From positions 186,001-250,000 of the forward strand of contig QPGO01000033.1 of the NCBI GenBank assembly GCA_008632985.1: a DNA stretch of 64,000 bases. Reading direction: 5' to 3'. Below the pieces are notes generated by a model. The model saw only the letters and a list, made by a program, of their open reading frames with translations. It did no database searches and had not been told where the DNA came from. This document shows positions 46,514 through 59,396 of this stretch, piece after piece. Position 1 is the stretch's first letter, and the number at the start of each line of letters is the position of its first letter. A program made the translations under genes and the position numbers. Source of the stretch: Psammoneis japonica. Its lineage: Eukaryota.

Positions 46514-49500
46514 CTACTTTTCAAGTTCAGCCAAGTTGAGCTTAGATGCTCCCTTGGGAAGCAATTTGGTTCCCTGGGGCGCAGGCTCAACATGCTCATC
46601 AAAGATCCATTCCTCGCGATCATCCGTATCCGAACCACCGGCCTTGAGTTTACGGCGCAATGCCTTCTCAGCCTCCATGATCAAAAACACGGAAACCATC
46701 ATCAAAATGGTGATACCCCACTGGGTTCCGTCCATGCCGGACATACCAAAGATGGTATCGTTCAAACCAGGCGTGTAGGTCGTGAAGAGCTGAAGCACAA
46801 TGACAATAATGGCGGAATACCACAGAGACATGTTGCCCTTGAAGATGCGGGGGTGGATGGAACTGTTGTAGGTGAAACGAGCACTTGCAGTGATGGCAAT
46901 GGCACCAAAGTCCAACGTGTTGAAGGCCTGGGCACGCTGTTCCTCAAGGGTATAGTCGAGAGAGCGGGCCCAGAAAGAAGACCCGACGACTGCGGCGGTC
47001 AGAGCAATGGTTCCAAGAGCAATACGAAGGAAGAGGTAACGTCCGATGAGGCGCTTTCCAACCCTACGAGGAGGGATGTTCATGATACCATCTTCGGCAG
47101 GCTCGACGGCGCACACAAATCCAAGAGTCACGGCACAGATCAAGTTGGAGTACAACACCTGAATGGCAGTCAAGGGAGTATCTTCAAGACCGAAAGCAAA
47201 ACCAAACAGAACGGAAAGACCCTGAGAGTTGTTGATGGGGGTGTTCACCAACAGCACCTTACGAAGGTTATCCCACACAGTACGGCCCTCACGAACGGCA
47301 GTCACAATGGTGGCAAAGTTATCGTCAGCAAGAATCATTTCGGAAGCCTCACGAGCGACATCGGTTCCCTCTTTACCCATGGCAACACCCATGTCAGCGG
47401 CCTTGAGCGCAGGACTGAAAGTTAAAATGAATCGAAGAAACCGAAGTGTGAGAATGCGAAGCACAACGCAGAGAAATATCCAAAACAAAGCATGTACTCA
47501 CGCATCGTTGACACCGTCTCCAGTCATACTGGCAACTTGTCCTTCTGCTTGGAGTGCCTTCACAATACGGATCTTGTTCTGAGGAGAAGCACGAGCAAAC
47601 ACGTTGTGGGCCATGACGGCCTTACGGAGCTCGTCGTCGTCCATGGCATCCATCTCAGGTCCAGTCACAGCCTCGCTGTATTTTTCATCGACAATACCCA
47701 ACATGTGTCCAATGGCAACGGCAGTATCCTTGTGGTCACCGGTAATCATAGCAACGCGGACACCGGCACCATGGGCTTCTTTGATAGCGGCAACACACTC
47801 TTGACGAGGAGGGTCCATAATAGCACAGAGACCAACCATGGTCAGCCAGGGTTCACTACGTTCATTGACGAACTCAGGTCCAAGCTGCTCTCCGTCGCTC
47901 ACTTCATCCGTATTGATGGATCCACGGCACAAAGCCAAGACACGAAGACCGTGAGAACTGAGGATAGCAATCTGTTCGTTCCAGAAGCGCTTGTCAAGAG
48001 CTTCAATACCATCGCCATCGAACTTGCCGCCCTTAGACTGGTACTTGCACAGAGGGATCATGCGGTCGGGAGCACCCTTGACGTGCACAATGTACTTATC
48101 GGTGAAACCATTGCCATCGACCTCCTCAACCGGAGGGTGGACGGTGGCCATGAACTTGTACTCACTGGAGAAAGGCACTTCAGCGGTGATGGGGGCTGCC
48201 TTCTTCATGTCTTCAATCTCGATACCGGTAAAGTAAGCAGCACGAAGAATGGAAAGCTCGGTGGGGTTACCAATTTCGCCTTCGCGGGTTCCGTTCTCGC
48301 CCAATACACACTTGGAACACAAGATACCTCCGGATAGGACGGACTTGACGTATTCGACAGTGGGTGACTCGCCCTGGTGTTCAGCGTTGGCATCATCATC
48401 GAGTGCGGCGGTGTTGTGGGCGGACTGGTGCGTAGAAATGTTGCTATCGGCGATAGTATCGGCCGCGAAGTGGAAGGAGGAGTCCTTCTTACCACGCTTC
48501 TTCTGGCCACCCATGGGTCCATCAGCGACAACATCCTTCGTCTTGCGGTTCATCTGGTGGTTGGCACGTTCAGCCAAGTACTTGTCGTCGCGAACAAAGT
48601 TGGTGGTGACGCGATCTTTGCTGTGAACATCCACCTTCCAGCGAGAGTCGGCGGTGACAAAAGCGGTGAGGGACATCTCGTTCTTGGTGAGCGTACCGGT
48701 CTTATCGGAACAGATAACGGTGACACTGCCCAACGTCTCGACAGCGGGAAGCGCACGAACAATGGCGTTGTGGTCCGCCATGTTGGACACAGCATAGGCG
48801 TAGACGACGGTGACAATGGCCTCGAGACCCTCGGGAATCATAGCAACGGCTGCAACAAGGGCAATGGCAACGGCATCAATGGCGCTCTCCCCGGTGCTCA
48901 AAAAGGCAATAAGGAAGGTCACGATGGCGCAGAGCACAATGAAGAAGGCGAGCCACTTGGACACAGTGTCAATCTGTTCCAACACAGCGGTCTTCTTCTC
49001 TTCGACTTGGCTCACGAGGGCGTTGATGGTACCAATCTGGGTGTTGTCACCGGTAGCGATGGCAATACCGACTCCGCTTCCCTGAGCAACAAGCGTAGCA
49101 CTGAAGGTCATGTTCTGACGATCTCCAAGAGGAGTCTGGGAAGGATCACCACTCTCAGGCATTGGGATGGGCTCGACGCTCTTATCAATGGGAACGGACT
49201 CTCCAGTGAGTGCGGCTTCTTGACAGGCAAGGTTGGCGGAGGAGATGATACGCATATCACATGGGACCTTGTCTCCCAGGCCAAGCATGACGATATCTCC
49301 GGGAACAAGCTCTTCAGCGGGAAGCATCTTCTCTTGTCCGTCACGAAGAACACGGGCATCACTTGAAAGCATGGACTTGAGGGCCTCAGCGGCTTCTTCA
49401 GCGGAACCTTCTTGGACAATACCGATCCAGGTGTTGACGGAAATCACACCAACAATAATACCGACCTGAATCCAGTTTGTGACCTTGTCGTCGCCATTGT

Positions 49501-49804
49501 CGGCGGTGATGGCGCGAGCAGCAGACACCACAGCAACAATAACAAGAATCAACACCAACACGTTGGCAACCTGAGCCCAGATACGCTCAAGAAGCGTCTT
49601 CTTACGGGCTTCCGTCAACTTGTTAGGACCATACTCTTCGAGGCGCTGGGCGGCTTGGGCGGCGGTCAATCCAACCTCGCGAAGGTTCTCGTCGCACTTG
49701 AGCTCCTTGATGGTAGCCTCGGCAGTCATGACGTGCCATGCCGGTGCTGGAGGCCTGTCCTCGACATTGCCTCCCTTCTTGGAGCCTTTTTCAACGTCGC
49801 TCAT
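46514..49804 (-). CDS. P-type cation-transporting ATPase, type II (Ca2+/Na+-like); one intron at about 47416-47501
   Basis: [57 protein letters not shown]. Confidence 0.95.
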
Positions 49805-50289
49805 GGTTTCTGTTCTTCTTCGGCGGAAAAAACACAGAAAAATGAGACTAATTTGGTCGGAGGGAGAAAAGGGTTTCATCGACGTCATGCTGTGACGTTA
49901 TCATGACGTTTGTACCTACTTCTGTGTAGGTTTTGTACCAATGCATGGTGCAACGTCACCCAAATCCGTTCCCTTTTGCTTTTCTCAGCTTTGAATATGT
50001 TTTAATCTTTTCTTGACGTCATTTTCTCTTGCTGACGGCTCTTACTTTACCAGCGAGCTAGATCGAATTTCAACTTCGTGACGTGTTCATCACGACTGTG
50101 ATCGATCGCTCGAAGACGGGTGACAGAGCGCGCGCGCAACTTGCGCGAAAAATCGAAAAAGATGCCAAACATCAAAAGATCCGTGACATCAAGCGGTTGC
50201 GAGAAAGGCAGTTGACAAGGTTGTTAGAGACAGTGAGATCGAAACAACTCCTTCATTGTCAGCATAAAGAAGTACAGTAGTTATTTATG

Positions 50290-52279
50290 TCAAACATTTG
50301 CGTTGAAGGATTGTGTGTGAAGTTAGCCTGCAACCCAAGAGGGCGGATCTACCATGGATGATTTGCAGATGGAAGCAGTTGACACCAGATTGCAAATGAG
50401 ATGCACTGGACTTTTTAAGTTGGTGGTGCGCAGTGTGCTGCGCATTCAACAATGTGGCAACGACTCGATTCTCTGTCAAGTGGTCACATTTGATCATGCA
50501 ATTCCATCCACTGCAATTCTGCAGTGTCTTCAAATTGTTTTTGCCAGTTTCAAATTGACCACTTCTCAAGCTCCAACCACCACAAGTGCCAGCAGCATGC
50601 AGAGGCACCGCTGGCTGCCACCAGTCATACAAAAAGGCTCCAACCGCCTCGATTGCCAGCAGCGCACAAAATCCAACTGCCTTGACCACCGTCAGCAGCT
50701 GCGCCAGCTCCCACCGCCACCAGCCCCAGTTGTGCACAGGCTCCAACCCTGGCAAGTGCCAGCAGCACACAGAGGCACCCACCGCCATCAGACAAAAATG
50801 CTCCAACCACCTCGATTGCCAGCAGTGCACTCAACCAGTGCCAACCAACCAGCCACACAGGCTCCCACGCACCGCCGCCAGTGCCAGTGGCAGGCACCGC
50901 CACCAGACAACAAGGATCCAATGAGCCCCATTGCTCCAAGCATGCTGTTTTGCACCTTCCACAATGGCAAAACTTCTTGCAGATGTTTTTGACATTGCCA
51001 ACTGACAATGAAGATGAAAACGAGTCATCCATGAATCATGACACAGTCAAAATCATGTGTGGTTCTCAGGGTGGCATGGCACAGCTCATTTCCATGCAAT
51101 TGTTGGATGCTCTCTACAAAGCACAGGAATCTTGTCAAGTTGATGTCATGGGTCTACACAAATGACCAAGAGCCGACCAAGCATTGGACCCCGACTCGTT
51201 GAATGTCTGTGTGTGATTGTGGTGAGTCGGTGTGAAAAGACAGCTCGCCAGTGGCACCAATCCCTGATCCACATGCATTTGAACTCAAGAAGTTGCAGAG
51301 CCAATTGACGCCAACACATGGTCGCCACTTTCGCCAGTGCCTCTTCCTGATTGCATGGATCCACTGCCATGATTGCCAAATTTCTGAGAGACAAGCCAGT
51401 TGGTGTCAATGCACAAACTTGCATCTCTCTGTCATGCGCCATTGCTCCACACCAAAAAATGGAGCACAAGCCATCAAATGACATTCCATCTTTGTGGAGA
51501 ACGTGATGCACCAGTGATCAGCAGCATTTTGTCTCCACAGCGGATGAAGTGGAGTTCTGATGTGTTGCACAGCAACAGCGCAGACTGCGGGATGAGACAG
51601 ATGCAACAAACTGACAGTCATGGAGGTGACGGTTGGTTGTTTTTGAATCAGAGTTTTGTGGATTTCTGTGCATGTGCGTGCTGTCACCCATTTTTTTAAA
51701 GCCCTGGTCTCCATTCCCCGCAACATGAGTTTTTTTTTGCCGGTGTGGTGTTGCCGCATTTCAGTTTTCACCCCAGCCATTGTCATTTCCCTTTTGTTGG
51801 CAGTGCATCACTGACATCCCTCAACTTCTCCTCCACCCATGACTTCACACCTGTTTCTTTCTCAAACGTGCACAACCCTGCCAGTGGCCCCTGTTGATCA
51901 TGAATGACCCTGCCAATGGCTCTTCATCAATGAGATCATGTGTGACCCTTTTTTTGCTTCTTCTCCTTTTTTCTTCAATCGTGCCAGCTGCCGACTGTGC
52001 GTCACTCTGCAGGGTTGCTGAAAGCCAGCAGTTTTGCTGCCATCTTTGACCAGGCACCTGTCATCCTCTTTGCTGATTTTTGCTTTGGTGCGGACTTCTC
52101 CAACCACCCAATCTGTTCTTCATTGCCACCCCCTGCTGGCTGCCACCTCATCCTCCAGCCTGTCTGCCCACGTTGCCGGCCCACCCTTCTTCTTGCCTCC
52201 GCCACCCCCCCCCACCCTCCAACACACCCCAACATCCCAGTTGTTCCAAAAATCTGTGTGGCTGGCTGACAAAAAATTC
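50290..52279. repeat. Degenerate TpA-depleted repeat region with internal direct repeats (about 50586-50900)
   Basis: TG/CA-rich composition. gccagcagca..cagaggcacc...ctccaacc.cctcgattgccagcag occurs twice. Confidence 0.55.
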
Positions 52280-52461
52280 TGCACCGTCCGCGAATTTTCA
52301 TTGCTTGACATGTTTGCAAGAATCCAACGGACAAACACACATGTGTGTCATGAGGGTTCACATTGCTTTTAGCGACAAGACACATTCTGTGCTGGCCAAA
52401 CTTGCCAATGTTTTTAATCGTGAAATGTCAATGGAGAGTTGGTCGTGGAAAGACGTCAACT

Positions 52462-52587
52462 AATCACAAGTCATCACAAGCAATCACAAGTCATCATGAG
52501 CAATCAAAAGTCATCACAAGCAATCACAAGTCATCACAAGTCATCATGAGTGATCACAAGTCATCATGAGTCATCACAAGCAATCAA
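52462..52587 (+). repeat. 10-mer satellite (AAGTCATCAC / AAGCAATCAC); further tracts at about 53069-53125 and 58571-58618
   Basis: Directly visible tandem units. The second tract is split by the Gypsy insertion. Confidence 0.92.
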
Positions 52588-53125
52588 GACAAAAAGTGTC
52601 CACAGACAAACTGACGTGCATGCCAGCCCTTCAAATGATGTGACCGTTGCCTCCACTCTGCAACAGGAAAGCCATCATTGACACATGGCTTTCCCGTTGA
52701 AAGCATTTCGAGATCACATTTATCAGGAGAAGAGGGGCCGTTTGTCGCGCTCTCACTGTCTTGTCAAGTCCAAGAAAAACAAGAGCTGATTGCAACTTGC
52801 ATTGACGATGCCTCAGACTGCCCAATTGCGCGCGCTTCTGGCCCCACACTCACATTTGCAGCACCTGAAGCAGTTGAATTCTTTGTTGTGGCAATCATGG
52901 TTTTACTTTCATGGCTTTGCTGATTGTTGTTTGAACGCCACAGTTGATGCCAGTCAACATCAACGTGTCCTTTCCGTCTTCTGCTGCATCTCGTGTTGAT
53001 GACATTTTTGCACAGACAGACAGCTGGCTGTCCTTCGCACGGGAACCGCACACTCGACTTCCTTGAGTGAAGTCATCACAAGTCATCAAAAGCAATCACA
53101 AGTCATCACAAGCCATCACAAATCA

Positions 53126-53299
53126 TGCAGCAACTCACTCGCACGCTTCTGACATGTGGTGTTAATTTTGGACATTGGATTGATGCAGCCATTTGAGAGG
53201 GCTCGCCAGCACTCGCCAGCGCTCGCTGATGCTTGGGCTCTCCCTCTCTTCGGTCTGCTCACTTCTTTGTTTTGACATCAACCTCAGCTTGAGCTTGCA
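53126..53299 (+). repeat. 5' LTR (174 bp)
   Basis: Direct repeat of 58398-58570 with TG..CA termini. Confidence 0.95.
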
Positions 53300-53329
53300 C
53301 TGCAGCTGCAGTCGATTGTAAAGAGCTGA

Positions 53330-54629
53330 ATGAGAAATGACGATGCAGTTGACAGGCTTGCGAAACAAGAGAAAAGAACTTTGAGAGCGAAGGCAGCGAA
53401 TTGGGCTTTGGAACAAAAACGAGAAAAGGAGACACGAAAACAACGTGAACAGGATTTGGCGATTTGGCTGGCACAACTCGAATCGAAGGTAGAGTGCTTG
53501 AAACAGTTTCTTGGTGGACCAACTTGGCCTGACGAGTGATCGCGAGAGCCTTGGGGAACCGTGCATTTTGCATGCTGCAAAATTTGCTCACTCGGATTTG
53601 GAACTCGTAAAATTGACTCAATCGCATGATGATGGAAGCACGCACACGAAAAAGTGCCCTTGTTTTGACGGAAGCAATGGAATTGAAGCTTTGTTGTTTG
53701 TGGAAGATCGTTTTCATAAACTGGCTGCAAAACTCGAATTCACTGCAGGAGAAGAATTGTTTGATGATTTTGAAGAAGCGTTGATGGATGCAGCTGAAGA
53801 CAAATGGTCCAATCTCACCATGGCGATTCCGGGTGCGCAGAAGACGGCAGCTCGTTTCGACCAAGAGTTGGCTCGTTTTCATTTGTCGCATTGTGAAACT
53901 GAAGCTTGTGACATGATGATTGAATGCTTGCTTGCTCTTAAAAAGCCGTGTGATGTTGAAGTGCAGGCACACGCAGATCGAATGGAAACTTTGGTGTGAC
54001 ACACAAACAAGTTGCTGGGAAATGATCCAGTTGTCACTCAGAACCAAAAGAAGAAGATGATTTTTGACAGCTTCCCTCTGTCATGGCGCGAGATGTGCAC
54101 AAGAGCAGGACGCACGATTGGAAATGACACACTGGCGGAAACAGTCACGCACATGAGCACGGAGAAATCATTTGCGGACAGGAACAAGAAGACGTCGAAA
54201 AAGCGCAAAGATGGACAGAATGAAGGCGGCTCGAATGAGAAGAAAGGCAATCGCATTGACCCAGAATCCCAATGTCCGTTGCACACTCACAATCACAAGT
54301 GGAAAGATTGCGCCATGAATCCCGACTCCAACAACTGCCATCCAAGAACTGATCGTGGCGGTCGTGGATGTGGTGGCCGTGGTGGTCGAGGTGGCGGTCG
54401 CGGTGGAGGTCGTGGTCATGGCGGAAATCAAGGTTGTGGTTGGCAAGGCCGTGGCTGTCAAGGTCGTGGTGGTGGCCAAGGAAATTGTGGCGGTCCAGGA
54501 AACTGCAACTCTGGTGGCAACAGCGGCGAGCATCATGAAGATGGTGGCTCCTGCGTGCAACATCAAAATGACACCCAAACCAATGCAGATGGCGGGTTGC
54601 GGCAGTCTGGCCAGAATGGCTCCTCCTGA
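53330..54629 (+). pseudogene. gag: Gypsy gag relic (frameshifted, with stop codons)
   Basis: Position after the 5' LTR, helical capsid-like segment, CPLH..H.WKDC knuckle, RGG-rich tail. Confidence 0.7.
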
Positions 54630-54833
54630 TGATTGGTCTGCTGAAAGCCATCATCTTGATTCTGTGGGAGGGCCTCATGAGTGTCGAGGTGGAGCGGGAA
54701 GTTTTCGACCTGGTGGTCGCTTCTCGGGACGCGGTCAACACTGACCCAATGAGCTTGAAGAGCTGTCATCCAAGTGTGTCGCTCCTGATTCCCACATGTT
54801 TGATGATTGCACTGACGCACCGATGATTGTCAT

Positions 54834-57800
54834 GTGCATGCTGCTGATTTGTTTGATGATGACGATTTCGAAAATCACACCATGAATGATGAAGACGATG
54901 TGGGACTTGAGTGTGCTGCACCAACCCCAAAAACAAAACCAACCAAACCTTCAAACGTGGTCCCCACAACCTTGTTCGCGGCGCGATTCATTCAAGATGA
55001 GGAAAGCAAGTGCGTGATGCGGGTGTTGCTCGACTCTGGTGGAGCCCACTCAATGATTCATGCTCGGGTGTTGCCAGTTGGAGTGGCACCAGCATTGGAG
55101 GACACAGGACCAATTGTTGCGAAGTTTTGGACATTGGCGGGAGAATTCAAATCCACTCGTTACGTTCGACTGCGGGGTGTGGTGCTCCCTGAATTTGACA
55201 AGACCAAACGTGTTGATGGCATGCATGCGCATGTGTTTGACTCACCTTGCCAGCACGACATGATCTTTAGACAGGACTTCTTGGCGAGAGCAGGTGTCAC
55301 GTTAGATTTCGAGCACGGAATTGTCAAGTGGCTCGATTCAAGCATTGCAATGAAACCTGGAAACCATCGGATTGGCATCCAGCAGTGGCTTGACGACTTG
55401 ACTGATGAGCCAGCTAACGATGATGATGCATGGGACAGCTGCATCCTCGATGCAAAGTATGAGGAGACGTCCCCTTCTGAAGCAGCGTTGGCTCAGAAGC
55501 ATCTCACTGCCAAACAACAAGAAAAATTACGCCTCGCATTGGAAAAACACACTGCTCTTTTTGATGGCACTCTTGGCAAGCATGCTGGCGAAAAAGTTCA
55601 CCTTGACATTGATCCTGACGCTGTTCCTCACCATTCTCGAGCACACACAGTGCCGCACAATGATCTCGAGACTTTCAAACGAGAACTGGATCATTCAGTG
55701 GCTCGAAGCCGGAACAACGGAATGGGCTGCTGGCACTTTTATTCGGCCGAAGAAGGATGGTCGAGTGCGGTGGCTCAGCAATTTTTGGGAACTCAACAAA
55801 GCCCTCAAGCGCAAGGTTTGTCCTTTGCCGATCATTCAAGATGTGCTGCAGAAGAGAGCCGGGTGCAAGTTTTTGACCAAATTGGACCTCTCAATGATGT
55901 GCCACATGTTCAAATTGGATGACGATTCCAAGGACTTGACAACAATCGTGACACCCTTTGGAAAGTGCCGATGCTGCCGTTTGGCAATGGGTCTGAAGCC
56001 GGCTCCAGACATTGCACAATGTTTGATTGAGAAAACTGTGCACGACTTGGACGTTGACGTGCACATTGATGATCTCACTCAATTTGATGACGACTTTGAC
56101 ATTCACCTTGACCGTCTTGACAAACTCTTGCAATGCTTGGAAGAAGCTGGGTTCAAAGTGAATCCCTTGAAATGCGAATGGTGCGTGCAGGAAACGGATT
56201 TCCTTGGGCATTGGCTAACTCCGACTGGAATTCATCCATGGAAGAAAAAGGTGGAGGCTGTCCTGCGAATGCAACCTCCGGAAAACATCAAGCAGCTTCG
56301 TTTGTTCCTTGGCGCTGCAACGCATTGTCGCAGTGTGTGGCCTCAGCGTTCTCACCCATTGAAACCCTTGACAGATCTTACAGGCAAAGGCTCATGGACA
56401 TGGACAATGGAATGTCAGGTGGCGTTCGATGAGATGAAAGCAGTCCTAGTGGCCGAAACATCAACGGCACATCCGAATCACAACAAACCCTTCCACATCT
56501 ACACCGATGCAAAAGTGATTGCCAGATGGGCGCAGTGATTGTACAGGATGGAAAGCCTGTTGCATGCTGGTCTCAAAAGCTCAATGCAGCACAACAAAAC
56601 TGTTCAACGATCGAAAAAGAACTGTTGGCCATTGTCATGTGCTTCCGAGAGTGCCGATCGATGCTCCTTGGCGGCGACTTGCATGCGTTCACTGACCACA
56701 AGAACCTCACCTTTCGCACCTTGAATTCACAGCGCGCACTTCGTTGGCGACTCTTTCTGGAAGACTTTTCTCCTCAGTTTCATTGCATTGAAGGCCGATT
56801 GAATGTCTTGGCTGATTGTTTTTCTCGTTTACCTTGCATGGATCCTCCCTCTGAAGGGAAGAGCTTGGCTCCGGGTAAAGGAACTGTTGTTGATTTTGCT
56901 CCGCTTGATTCGAAGTTGGTGCCGAGTGAGGAACCATCCGAAGTCGAGGATTTCTGCAATGAGGACTTGGAGCTCGGCACGTGCCGTTTCAAGTGTTGTC
57001 GCAACATTGAAAATGAAGGCCACTCACACTTCTTCTCTTTCTTTGTGGATGAGCCGGAACTGTTCGATTCTTTCTTGAATTGCCCTGCGATGCAAGAGAT
57101 GCAGAATCCGATGACGTTACAACGTGTTCAGGAGTGCCAGTTCGAGGACCAACAGTTGAACCAGATGCGCGTTGCTCACCCTGATCGTTTCCTCATGGAA
57201 CATGTGAACAATCGACCGCTTGTGTGTTGTCGCATGCGACTGAATGATCCTCCAGGACAGTGGAAAATCTGTTTGCCGACTGCACTTGTGCCCGACATCT
57301 TGCGGTGGTGTCATCTCGTCCTTGGCCATGCCGGAAGCCAGTGCATGTGTGAAACGATCCAGGCTCATTGTTGTCATCCTGGGTTGCGTTGCATGTGTGA
57401 TGAATGCTCTTGTGCTGATTGCCAACATAACAAAACTTTGGGTCCTGGCCATGGAGAGTCACCCGAGCGAGAAGCTCCATCAACTCCCTGGTTGGAAGTG
57501 GCGGTTGACCTCATTGGCCCATGGAAAATCAAAGCACCGAATGGAGAGATTGAGTTTCGGGCATTGACCTGCATTGATCCTGTCTCCAATCTTGTTGAAC
57601 TTGTGAGAATTGAAAATAAAACTGCCCGACATGTTGCTGACCAATTTGAAAACTGCTGGCTTGCACGCCATCCCAGACCAAATCGATGTGTCCACGACAA
57701 CGGCGGCAAGTTCACCGGGTGCGATTTTCAGATGCTGTTGCAACAAGCCGGAATTGATGATGTGCCGACTGCTTTGTACAACCCTCAAGCCAACGCCATT

Positions 57801-58272
57801 TGTGAACGAATGCACCAGACCATCGGCAATGCATTGTGCACGCTCATTGCTTCTGGCCCACCTCAAAATCTTCAAGATGCAGCTGGCCTCGTGGACGATG
57901 CTTTGGCAACTGCAATGCACGCAACTCGCTGTGCTGTTTCCCGTTCTTTACAGACTTTGCCAGGTGCCATGGTGTTCGGACGTGACATGATCCTAGATGT
58001 CCCTGTGCTGGCAGACTTGTTGACGATCCAAGGCCATCGCCAGATGCTGATCAACGATGATTTGCGAAGAGCCAATGCCAAGAGAAGATCCTGCAATTAT
58101 CAAGTGGGTGATCAAGTTCCAATCAAGTCGGTCGACCCGTCCAGACTCGAGCCTTGTGCTCATGGCCCTTGTCCCATTGTTCAAGTGCATGTGAGTGGCA
58201 CGCTTTGCTTCGTTGAGCTCCTCATGTGGTTGAGCGCCTCAACATTCAGCACCTGATTCCTTTTCGTGGTTG
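54834..58272 (+). pseudogene. pol: Gypsy pol relic: protease, RT, RNase H, integrase (frameshifted, Tyr->Cys/His mutated)
   Basis: VLLDSGG (PR); PKKDGRVR, KLDL, TPFGK, HIDD, FLGH (RT); IYTDA, EKELLAIV, TDHKNL, ADCFSR (RNase H); VAVDLIGP, DNGGKF, PQANAICERMH (IN). Confidence 0.93.
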
Positions 58273-58397
58273 ATCAGGGGGGGTTTTCTTCCCAACACCT
58301 GGGTTTCCTCCTGCCACCGTGATTTCTTTGGGTTTTGGTCCCTGGTTTTGGCCCTTTGCATGATCCTCCAGTTCTTTTGGATCATGGAAGGGAAGAG

Positions 58398-58570
58398 TGC
58401 AGCAACTCACTCGCATGCTTCTGACATGTGGCATCAATTTTGGATGTCAGATTAACGCAGCCGTTTGAGAGGGCTGCCAGCACTCGCCAGCGCTCGCTGA
58501 TGCTTGGGCTCTCCCTCTCTTCGGTCTGCTCACTTCTTTGTTTTGACATCAACCTCAGCTTGAGCTTGCA
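58398..58570 (+). repeat. 3' LTR (173 bp)
   Basis: Direct repeat of 53126-53299, preceded by the PPT. Confidence 0.95.
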
Positions 58571-59106
58571 AATCATCACAAGTCATCACAAGTCATCACA
58601 AGTCATCACAAGTCATCAACAGCCCTCACGACTCAAAACACAGAAAGGCACATGAATGAACAAGTCACAAACAGTGCCATGTTGTTCGCCAAAGAAGACT
58701 GAATTTAACGGACAACCGTTACAAACTGCATGACACCATTCACAAAAATTTCCATTGCATTTGTGTAAATGTTCACAACTGGTAAAAATTTGCGGACGGT
58801 GCAGAGATGGGAGCTGACAGTCGCGACAATGACAGTTTTCTGTTTCCTTCCAGTTTGGGCTGGGCTCTTCATGTGCGCATGACATGCTGCACTCTCATCT
58901 CTTGTTCCCTCTCATTTTGAGAAAACACCCATCTGTCATTGTGGCTTCTCCTCCATGCTGCTCCTCTTCAAAAGAATTTTGGCACTCTCTCCAACAAAGC
59001 ACAAACTTGCCACATTGTTCACAATCATCAATGCGTCTCACACTGCGAGACATTGACTGTCTGTCCTGTGAAAACTGCCTCCAACCCTGAACCCTGATGT
59101 TGCAAC

Positions 59107-59396
59107 CAGGGTTAACCAACTGCAAAGTTTTCTGCAGCAATCAGATTGCAGTCAGTTGATTGCATCGCTGCGATTGCATGGTCTGACGAACAGACTGCAG
59201 CCGTAGAAATCGAGCCATTTTGCTCATTTTAGCTGCAAAAAGAGCTCGAATTTCGATTGCGATCGATTGCAACAGTCGATTGTGATTGCCACCTCGGCTC
59301 TTTCCTGACAATCAGGTCACTGCAATCGAGTTTGCAGCAGTGACTGCAATCAAAGTGAGGCCAATTGCAATCAATCCCAGCAATCGGTTGACACTG
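59107..59396. mobile_element. hAT-type MITE (290 bp)
   Basis: TIRs CAGGGTTAACC / GGTTGACACTG, perfect 8-bp TSD GTTGCAAC (59099-59106, 59397-59404), many internal GATTGC/GCAATC motifs. Confidence 0.8.

Larger units (their letters stand above)
53126..58570 (+). mobile_element. Full-length Ty3/Gypsy LTR retrotransposon, inactivated
   Basis: LTRs 53126-53299 and 58398-58570 (TG...CA), 5-bp TSD AATCA at 53121-53125 and 58571-58575, polypurine tract ggaagggaagag before the 3' LTR, gene order gag-PR-RT-RNaseH-IN. Confidence 0.96.
52282..58801. mobile_element. Non-autonomous TIR element (about 1.07 kb without its insert) hosting the satellite and the Gypsy element
   Basis: caccgtccgcgaatttt at 52282 and aaaatttgcggacggtg ending 58801 (one mismatch), flanked by TG on the left and CA on the right (inferred TA TSD). 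Confidence 0.6.

Noticed and set aside
46484..49366. Long plus-strand ORFs (313, 281, 329 aa)
   Set aside because: Antisense shadows of the codon-biased P-type ATPase gene.
52462..52587. CRISPR-like or telomeric array
   Set aside because: Contiguous 10-mer units without unique spacers, no cas genes, eukaryotic context, and internal to a TIR element.
50285..53095. ORFs in this eroded block as real genes
   Set aside because: Same artefact of stop-codon depletion, with no recognisable domains.
53300..53320. tRNA primer-binding site
   Set aside because: No TGG-starting PBS is visible (ctgcagctgcag). The site is probably mutated or non-canonical and cannot be assigned.
54834..58256. ADAR-type editing of retroelement RNA, or an alternative genetic code
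   Set aside because: Changes occur on both strands, differ between LTRs, and affect DNA transposons and TSDs. Host genes use Tyr normally.
53126..58570. Classical RIP or CpG deamination as the sole explanation
   Set aside because: RIP raises TpA, and CpG decay cannot turn Tyr codons into Cys/His. CpGs are largely retained in this element.
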